This document shows, piece after piece, positions 9,207 through 17,461 of a DNA stretch of 19,138 nucleotides. A program made the translations under genes and the position numbers. Each line of letters begins with the position of its first letter. Positions within the stretch are counted from its first letter, which is position 1. The notes under the pieces were generated by a model. It ran no database searches. It was not told the origin of the DNA and was given only the letters and a program-made list of their open reading frames with translations. The stretch spans positions 1 to 19,138 of the forward strand of contig NW_021824344.1 of assembly GCF_006345805.1 (NCBI RefSeq), in the 5' to 3' direction. The stretch comes from Octopus sinensis. Lineage: Eukaryota.

Positions 9207-9550
9207 CTAACAAGCACTATGACACAGCAATGCCGGGTGATAGTGCTAGTGCATGCATATACAGCTGTGTGCGTGCGCATATACACGCGAGTACTGTCCA
9301 AATCTCCGACCAATCACATACAGCTAGCTGGCATTCAATTAGCGTATCACGTTTCGGGCATTTTGATTGAGTTTTGGATAGAAAATTCACAAAAAGTCAC
9401 TTCTATTGATTTTTAATAGCTTTGCGGTGTAACTGGGGAAATGTAAAGATGTGCACGACCACCCTTGGACGGTTTTGAATGACCATAGAAATTGTGGATT
9501 TGTATAAAGTATACACACACAGACATTTTGCCGTTTATATATATAGAGAT
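9207..9550 (+). mobile_element. Helentron/DINE-1-like (HINE) non-autonomous element relic
   Basis: 5' hairpin 9210-9250 (15/19 pairs, AAT loop), short simple repeats inside, and a 3' end acacacacagacattttgccgtttatatatatagagat followed by T, as in DINE-1/HINE-type termini. Family identity is from architecture and recall only. Confidence 0.45.
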
Positions 9551-10116
9551 TATTGTTGATATACACAAACGGTGAATAAATCAAGACGATTGCCGTGCTG
9601 ACGGAGTCTACTGAGTTAGAACGTGTGTCGACTGCTATCCTGTTATCTTCAAACTATAAGACAATCATTTTCCTCAATGGCATGTCAATTTTGGGGAAAT
9701 TCTTGATTCTTGATTCTTGAAATTCTCTCTCCTGTTCAAGTGGACCTGATCTTTATTGCCTTCTTTAGATAGTTTTAATAAATCAAGAACTTATGTTGTA
9801 TGGTGTTTGAATTACCTGTATTCGGGTATGTCGTTCAAATGCTTGTCAGTGGCTATTTTGAGCTATTTTTCTGTGCTCATTTCTGTTTAAAGTAAGATAT
9901 ATTTATATGATACCAGAAGCAATAAGGGGAGCTCAATGCAGACACATAAACATTTACAGACTAAGCATGTAAGATGTGGATTATATATAATGTGAAAAAA
10001 AAAAAGGCAGTCGTCATTAACCAACGAGTTTTGTTTAGCAACATGTACCATGCTTTCGCCAAATGTTTTATGTACCTGTGTGATCACGTGTAGACGTAGA
10101 TATCTTCTCGACTCAC

Positions 10117-10154
10117 CCCCACTTCAATCCGGTGATGCATTCAGCATGTGACAG
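10117..10154 (-). CDS. Candidate 38-nt exon (LSHAECITGLKWG; loosely WD40-like H-x3-IT-x-L-x-W)
   Basis: Minus-strand ctctctccag acceptor, perfect GGG|GTGAGT donor (forward actcac at 10111-10116), only one open frame. Caveat: the pyrimidine tract may just be a decayed (GA)n repeat. Confidence 0.35.
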
Positions 10155-10317
10155 CTGGAGAGAGTGAGAGAGAGAAGCTAAGAGAGCGCGAGAAAGACTC
10201 AGAGAGAAAGAGAGATAACTTCATTACCACTCGGTTACTAATCATTAAATCTGAGTAGCCTGTGGCACGTGAAATGAAATGTATAGCTGAATGATACACT
10301 GTACCGCCGCCCGTCCA

Positions 10318-10343
10318 GACAAACACAGACACACAAACATACA

Positions 10344-10392
<49 letters not shown>

Positions 10393-10597
10393 CACACACA
10401 CACACACATATATATATATGTACATACATGTATACGACGAGCTTCTTTCAGTTTCCGTCTACCAAATCCACTCACAAGGCTTTGATCGCCCCGAGGCTAT
10501 AGTGGAAGACACTTGCCCAAGATGCCACGCAGTGGGTCTAAACTCGGAACCATGTGGCTGGTAAGCAAGCTACTTACCACACAGCCACTCCTGCGCC
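10318..10597 (-). mobile_element. SINE family A, head plus internal microsatellite, 3' half missing
   Basis: Reverse complement is collinear with 4811-5055 (ggcgcaggagtggctgtgtggtaag...ggaaactgaaagaagctcgtcgtata, then TA/TG tract and tgtgtctgtgtttgtc). Confidence 0.9.
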
Positions 10598-11120
10598 TAT
10601 GTGAAAAAACAAACAAAAGCAAAAAGAAACACTAAATATTTGAAATCAGAACGTGAGAATTCAGAGGGATTTTTATCCGACTTCCTAATGAGTCTAGCAA
10701 ATCATCGCCCTAATGGTTACTAACGTTGGTATAAACTAGCAAATTTTTTACTGACATCTTTAGATATAGAATGGTAGCGGCCATGTGCTTTTTGTGGAAT
10801 TTTTGAATCTTAAAGGCGGAAGGAAGAATTAAATGACAACCTATAGGCTGCTGCAGTGGAAAAGCACTATATAAAAATACAGACCAGAGATCTAATCTCA
10901 ATTTCTCTAAAATCACCCATGAACCTGGTGGTATGGGAGTAGGGTGAAAGAGGGTTACGAATTAGGTTTGTTATTCAGGTAGAATAATGGTTAGGGAATA
11001 TTCGTTTGATTGTTGTATCTTTTGTTAAATCAAAACCATTCAAATAAAATTCAACCTACATGGGAATTGGAATTTAAAGGGACATAATTATTTTCACCAA
11101 AGTAATTTGAATTGAATTTG

Positions 11121-11716
11121 TATGGCACGGTGGTTCGGGTGTTTGGCCCATTTTCGTTGGGTTGCCTGTTCAAACCGAGCGACGTATTGCGTTGTTGAAA
11201 GCAAAACATTTCATGTCATATTATAGCAGTCAACTGAGCTGGGATCTTTTCGGTTTGAACGGCAGTTTTTCTAGGGGTGTCATATGAAATTGTCATGCAT
11301 AATTATGACCCTAGTATCGATCTATTGCATTTCAATCTATTTTAGGGTTAGGGTTAGGGTTAGTATTAGGCGTGGGGTGAAGGGTATCTTTTTTCTTCGG
11401 AAATATAAATAAACCCAATCTGTTTCTTAAACGAGGGACATATTCATACGGCACAGAACGTTTTTTCACCTCAATAGACGTCATTGATTGGTTGAAATTG
11501 CAGAAATTGAAGGAAAAAAACAACAAATATCTTATAAACCATAGAATTTTCTCAATAAAGCCAAGAGAAAAATATGTTTTATAAACACATTCTACCAGTA
11601 TACAAAGTTTAAAATTTTTTAGTTACCTAGAAATTATGTTAAAAACTGCCGTTCAAACCGAAAAGATCCCATGTCATATTATAGCAGTCAACTGAGAGCT
11701 GAAAATGAGTACCAGC
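11121..11716 (+). mobile_element. Old tRNA-headed SINE (family C-like) split by the TTAGGG MITE
   Basis: A box TGGCACGGTGG (11123-11133), B box GTTCAAACC (11168-11176). The body cagtcaactgagctg//aaaatgagtacc resembles family C cagttcactcagctgtagaaatgag. Confidence 0.5.
11242..11669. mobile_element. MITE with perfect 29-bp TIRs and internal (TTAGGG)3; copy 1 (428 bp), flanked by a 30/32-bp direct repeat
   Basis: TIR GGATCTTTTCGGTTTGAACGGCAGTTTTT at both ends; TTAGGG units at 11342-11363; flanks 11212-11241 and 11670-11701 are identical except for an AG insertion. Confidence 0.92.
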
Positions 11717-12381
11717 GGTAGCTTGTTGCAGAGGAGAATTAATAAAGTCTCTCCTACCACTGAATGGTAAGAGAGAGTTTTGTACATCCGTCTGTTAAAT
11801 GCCACGGAAAGCGAAATAAGTACCGGCTTAATGGATTTAAGGGCTGGAGACAGTCTTTAACGTTAATTTATCTTTTGAGTGTGAAAAGAAACTAGAGCAA
11901 AATATTATAAAAAAATAAGCAAACGTGAATACGGAAATTAGGTAGTAAAAATATATCGATTTTTTTTTTTACAAGGAAGCGCTAAATTCGATTGAATTGA
12001 CTTTATTACATTAATGCTATTTACTTTAATCTACCCCAGGAGGATGGAAATCAACACAGACAGAGTTTGAATTCCGGATATAAATAAATGTAATTTAGTA
12101 AGGCTGCAATGAATTTAGAGTTTCTGTCAAACTATCGTCTTCGAAATTGATAAATAAATAAATAAATAAATAAATGATGCGTAATAAATCACGAAATTAC
12201 GAAACGCAGATGTGAATGGTTTGGGTTTTCTTTTTTTAATGTTAGAAATATTTCGGAAGAAATAAATGTAAAAAGGAAATTATTCCGTATTATTTTGGGA
12301 AAGTACATAAGATTGTAAAGGACTTTTTCTTTTCTTTTTTTTTCTTGTTGTTCATGTATAAAAATGATACTGAATATATGG

Positions 12382-12418
<37 letters not shown>

Positions 12419-12626
12419 GAATAAAAAATGTTGCTATAACTAGTTTTCTCAAAATCAGATAAAGAAAAGAGATTATCTATCATCTTAACCATTATTTCAT
12501 CGCAATAAAATACAACGAAAAGTACAAAAAAACAAAGAAAGAAAGAAAACAATGATGATAAAAACTGCTATGCCAAAGATACGGTCTTAGTTCATTCTGC
12601 ATCGACGAAATAAAAACAAAACAATT

Positions 12627-13044
12627 GGATCTTTTCGGTTTGAACGGCAGTTTTTCTAGCGGTGTCATATGAAATTGTCACCCATAATTATGACCCTAGT
12701 ATCGATCTATTGCAATTCAATCTGTTTAGGGTTAGAGTTAGGGTTAGGTGTGAGGGAAAGGGTATCTTTTTTCCTTCAGAAATGTAAATAAACCCAATCT
12801 GTTTCTTAAACGAGGGACATATTCATACGGCACAGAATGTTTTCACCTCAATAGTCGTCACTGATTGGTTGAAATTGCAGAAATTGAAGGAAAAAAACAA
12901 ATATCTTACAAACTATAGAATTTTCTCAATAAAGCCAAGAGAAAAAGATGTTTTATAAACACATTCTACCAGTATACGAAGTTTAAAATTTTTTAGTTAC
13001 GTGGAAATTATTTTTAAAAACTGCCGGTCAAACCGAAAAGATCC
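12627..13044. mobile_element. Same TTAGGG-bearing MITE, copy 2 (418 bp, same orientation)
   Basis: Collinear with copy 1 over its full length (roughly 90% by eye); one mismatch in the 3' TIR; flanks aaacaaaacaatt / aaacaaactatt form at best an imperfect ~12-13-bp duplication. Confidence 0.92.
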
Positions 13045-13520
13045 AAACAAACTATTATTTTATAAAAGTAGAAGGGTTGTGCATTTCTATATGAAGGAAA
13101 TGAAGCTATAACGATGAAAGTGAAGTGAACTCATGAATCATGTTCGCATAGGGGTGAAAACTGTATGAGGTTACTCCAGCGCTTATGCTTAAATATTAAG
13201 CGATTATTTCCCCTTTCTCTGCAGTATTTGGGATATCATGTAATTGTCGACGAGTGATGCTATTTGAATAATGTTTTCGTTGCTATTTTTTGCAGACTAA
13301 GTGACCGTGCAGAGGTTCCTCAAGTTACTACTTCTGATTCACGAATCGCTTGTTCCGGACCATTTTTCATCTGCTTGAAGATTATACTTCTTATGTGTGC
13401 ACCAGTGCGTGTGTGTGAATGATGGCTATTACATACAGCCGCTTTAATGCATATGTGTGTCTCTCAATATGTTTTCTATATTGTCCGGTGTTTTGGGAAT
13501 ATCTCGAGTTTTTGATATTC

Positions 13521-13708
13521 TTTTCTACTCTAGGTACAAGGCCAGTCGATTACATCGATCCAGTACGCAACTGGTGCTTAGTTTATCGACTCCGAAAGGA
13601 TGAAAGTCAAAGTCGACTTCGGCGGAATTTGAACTTAGAACGTAGCGGCAGACGAAATACGGCTACGCATTTCGCCCGGCGCGCTAACGATTCTGCCAGC
13701 TCGCTGCC
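13521..13708 (-). mobile_element. SINE family B with tail type 2
   Basis: Reverse complement ggcagcgagctggcagaatcgttagc...aatcgact matches the 3540 copy, then switches to ggccttgtacctagagtagaaa. Confidence 0.88.
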
Positions 13709-14289
13709 TTCTTGAGTTTCTGATATTTTTTAAACTATATGTCAGCCTTACTGGAGCTGATTTATGACGGGAAGCATTCCAACACTGAACTGTGAACAGT
13801 ATCATTTGGCTTTCTGTCCTCAAACAGAATGACGCAGATCCACTCCGATGGGCAAGTCGATTAAGTCTGACATCTTTCCTACCTCCTCTGGTCGGATCTG
13901 GAGGAAGATTTCTACTGCGGTCTAAGTCTACAATTCCCTTATCCTTAGTTTCATTGCGAGAAGTGCATCACTTGCATTCAACGTGTCACGACCTCACAAC
14001 CACTTGATGTACAATCCTAGCGAATGCCTTTTTGTCTTGACAAAACAAATATTTCTCCCTAAACGGTTAGGCTGAGGGAGAACTCCCTGTCATATATGGA
14101 GGTTACGGAGTGTTTCCGTGCAAGGGTTTCGCGTTTGAAGAGGACATGTCTGGTAACATCTGCCTATATTTCTTACAAGCTTCATGCATTTTGAGTGCAT
14201 TAGTCGCTATTTCCAGGTACCTGATTTTAGACAGAGGGCTGTACACTACCGTCTTCCGTGCAGTTTGTATCCCCAATCTGTCTGAGATA

Positions 14290-14490
14290 GCACTATGATA
14301 GATCGTTAGCCACTACACACATCTTTTCTCTCCTTGTTTCTCTCCTTTTTTCTGTGTCCCTTTCTGTCGAAGAGCGTAGGCTCGAAACTTAAAAGACTTT
14401 TTCTATTCCTGAGCGTTATACTTAATACATCTTCTTGTTTTGTACACCACCTGTCTTCGTCTTTTGTTGTTTTTTTTCGTAAACTCTCAT
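14290..14490 (+). mobile_element. Probable Penelope-like pseudo-LTR fragment with a hammerhead-like relic at 14360-14395
   Basis: cttt-CTGTCGA-a-GAGC-gtag-GCTC-GAAAC-TTA-aaag: helix I (cttt/aaag) and stem II are intact; core has A6>T and G16.2>T. Boundaries uncertain. Confidence 0.45.
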
Positions 14491-14708
14491 AAACTTCTCA
14501 TAAACTTTCACCTGTGTCACGTACTTTTCGTTTTGTTTGGAGAGACCGCGAGCTCTCTCATTTGATTTTGCCTCCATCTCTGTAAGCGACTCTGTAAGCC
14601 CGAGGTGTCAGCTCCATTACTTATTCCATCGCCTAAAATATTTTTGTTGTTATTGATACAACTGCTATGGTTTTCGCTCATATTGTTGTTACTGTTGTTG
14701 TTGCTGCT

Positions 14709-15083
14709 TGTTTGTTTGTTTGTCGAGCGAAGCGGTCTTCATCCCAGAGCTCGCAAGATCGCGCCTCGTGGTCCTTTGCTATTCGTAAGACCCGCAGAAG
14801 AGAAAGCAAGTCAACCACCGACATCAAGAGCATCGACGGATGGATGAATATGCATCCAGGCTCAGCGGTTGCATAGGAAGTCGGGGACAAGAAACGGGAA
14901 GAAAGAGTGAGAGAAAGTTGAAGCGAAAGAGTACAACAGGGGTCGCCACCACCCCCTGCCGGAGCCTCGTGGAGCTTTAGGTGTTTTAGCTTAATAAACA
15001 CACACAACGCCCAATCTAGGAATCAAAACTGCGATCCTCCGACCGCCAGTCCGCTGCTCTAACCACTGGGCCATTGCGCCTCC
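14709..15083 (-). mobile_element. Full-length SINE family D (375 bp) with (CAAA)n tail and 16-bp TSD
   Basis: Head ggaggcgcaaTGGCCCAGTGGttagagcagcggac...GTTTTGATTCC; tail acaaacaaacaaaca; identical tgttgttgttgctgct at 14693-14708 and 15084-15099. Confidence 0.85.
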
Positions 15084-15163
15084 TGTTGTTGTTGCTGCTG
15101 CTGTTGTTGTTGTTGTTGTTAAGCAACAAGACTGGTAAGGGTGATTAGGTGATGGTCTAGGGT

Positions 15164-15360
15164 TTAGGGGCGGGAGACCCCAGACCTTGAGGGAAAAAAC
15201 TTTGTTCGTCTTGTTGTAGTCGAGGGCTCTTCGTTGACGCCTGACAACACTGGGAGGTGGCTCTCGAAGTCGCTGGAAATGGAGATCTCTCCAGGTCCAA
15301 ATTCTTGAACGGCTGTTGTTCCTGCCGTTTTTCCACAGTCCCTCTCTTCACAGAGTGAAG
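15164..15360 (-). other. GC-rich island with all three minus-strand frames open; possible exon or retroelement fragment
   Basis: No stop in any minus frame between about 15347 and 15167; tcttcag acceptor at 15361. Product not recognised. Confidence 0.25.
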
Positions 15361-15514
15361 CTGAAGATCTTATGTAACATTTCAACAAAAATATTTTCAA
15401 CAGTGAAACAAATTAATTTAACAAACTTTCGAGAGGCAAAATAATCTACGATCAACACTAGCAACATCAACAACAACGACGACGACGATGATGATGATGA
15501 TATTAATTTAGAAT

Positions 15515-15662
15515 TTTGGCACAAGGCCAGCAATTCCAGGGTGGGATGAAGTAAGTCGAATACATCGATCCCAACTGGTACTTAATTTATCGACCACGAA
15601 AGGATGACATGCAAAGTGGACCTCGGCGGAATTTGAACTCGGAACGTGATGCCTCTAAGCAT
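15515..15662 (-). mobile_element. SINE family B, decayed, tail type 2
   Basis: ggcacaaggcc...actggtacttaatttatcgaccacgaaaggatg...cctcggcggaatttgaactc is collinear with the 13521-13708 copy. Confidence 0.8.
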
Positions 15663-15668
15663 AAGATT

Positions 15669-15788
15669 GAGGAGGAGAAGGAGGAGGAGGAGGAGGAGGA
15701 AGAAGAGGAAGAAGTAGAAAACGAAGAAGAAGAAGAGAATGAAGAAGAAAGAGGAAGAAAAAAGAGGAGGAAGAAGAAGTAAAGGAAA
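15669..15788. repeat. (GAG/GAA)n polypurine tract
   Basis: Directly visible. Confidence 0.9.
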
Positions 15789-16751
15789 TCGAGTTCTTTT
15801 TTTCTTTCTTCAGCAATTCAATTTTTAGTTTTAGTTTGTTTCTGTTTCATTCTTTTTTTTTTTTCTTTTGCTGATTTTCACAAAAAAAAAAAAATTCTCT
15901 TAATATTTCATTTGTGAAATGATAGTCATTTCAGTTATGTCGAATAACAAATTATGTTTATTGTCATCGTAAATTGTAACAGAAAATACGAAAATACGAA
16001 AACAACAAAGCAAAAAAAATAAATAAATAAATGCCAGCTTTTGCTTTACTTTTTTAACGTCAGCTCTCTCTCTCCTCCTCTCTCTCCTCCTCTCTCGCCC
16101 CTCTTTTTGCTCTCCCTCTCCCCCTCTCTCATTCTTTCTTCACTATGTTAAAATCCCCTGAGCGCTTTTTTCATTATGGTCATCTTCTTCCCAGGAACGA
16201 CTCGCTGCCATTGAAACGCCTTATGGTTTAACTGTTCTAATTCAAATTCAGCTGAGAAGGAGGAAAGCTAAACCGTCCACTGTTATTAATAAACATTCTT
16301 TTCTTTGTTACAGCCTTTTCCTTCCTTCCTTCCTTTCTTTCTTTTTTCCTTTCCTTTCTCTCAACAGGATATATTTAACACTCAAAAACCATCCTCCCGC
16401 CTTATATACATTTTTGGATTACATTGTTAAAGCCTGTCTCCACTCCTGTGCCATTCCAGTATCAGCAATCCGTCACGTCTTCCGATTGGATCTTTCGCTA
16501 CTTGCCTTTCCCTCTTGAAATCATCCAATTGTACCATCGTAATCATCCAAGCAATTCTCACGTTCTCCCCCGATGAAAAAGGATTGGAGTTATGCCGTTG
16601 CTTCATGAATTTTAACTGGCTCAGATTTATATATTTATTTATTTATTAATTTATTTATTTGGTATTTGTGTTTATTTGGTTCACTATCTCTGCATCACTA
16701 ATTACTAAAGCCGTTCGGAAAGGGCTAACACTCTTTTTGTCCCTATCACAG

Positions 16752-16905
16752 AAATTGCTCTCTACGGTCCTTCCAGTGGAAATGGTTCACACCCATTTAT
16801 GCCACTTGCGATCATCCGGAAAAATAATCTTTTACAGGGTCCAGAGAAATACCCCTTTCTCCTCATGGCTTCTCCATCCAACGTTCTAGAACACCATACA
16901 GTCTG
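16752..16905 (+). CDS. Best candidate internal exon, 154 nt (xIALYGPSSGNGSHPFMPLAIIRKNNLLQGPEKYPFLLMASPSNVLEHHTV)
   Basis: CTAAC branch point at 16725-16729, pyrimidine tract and CAG ending at 16751, TG|GTAAAT donor at 16905/16906; exactly one frame is open end to end. No homology recognised. Confidence 0.45.
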
Positions 16906-17461
16906 GTAAATTTCGACGCTACCGAAGCAAAATTAAATAAACACATAAATAAATAGATAAATAAATAAATGTAAAGAATAATGTTAAGAATAGAAGAGCG
17001 AAGGAAACATCTTTTATATCTGACTGGCATCTGTTAAATCTCTTTTCTTCCAAGCAATGAGTTTTCTTTCTGGACAACGCTGAAACGATTTTCCATTAGC
17101 TTTTGCATATCTTTCCCTAAATGCCCGAAAAAATTTATGAAATACTCTTTAGTTTCCTCTGGTTTTAAAATCATCTTATTCACCTTTATGCTTCCATATA
17201 ATACCATTTCCTCAGTGTCATTCTAGATAATTATATATCTGCTTCTCTCTGTCTACATACTGGGCGAACTTAGAATAACTACTTCCATGTTGTTAAGTTT
17301 CAAGGCTGTTTCAAACATTAACTTTACAAAAAAAAAAGAGAGCTATTGGACAAAATAACTTCTTACGTTCTGTTTTCCTTGTTTAATACTGCCTCCCCAC
17401 CCCCGCTGCTTTTTTTTTTTTCACTTTTTCAGATACTTTGTGAATAGTGGACTAGCAGGGT

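Noticed and set aside
8130-12080. Very decayed SINE B-like scraps at about 8130-8215 and 12028-12080; also a family A scrap at 18599-18631
   Set aside because: Recognisable only by short motifs; boundaries cannot be supported.
11242-13044. Repeated units as a possible CRISPR array or true telomere
   Set aside because: No repeat-spacer periodicity and no cas genes; the TTAGGG units are only 3-4 and lie inside a TIR element.
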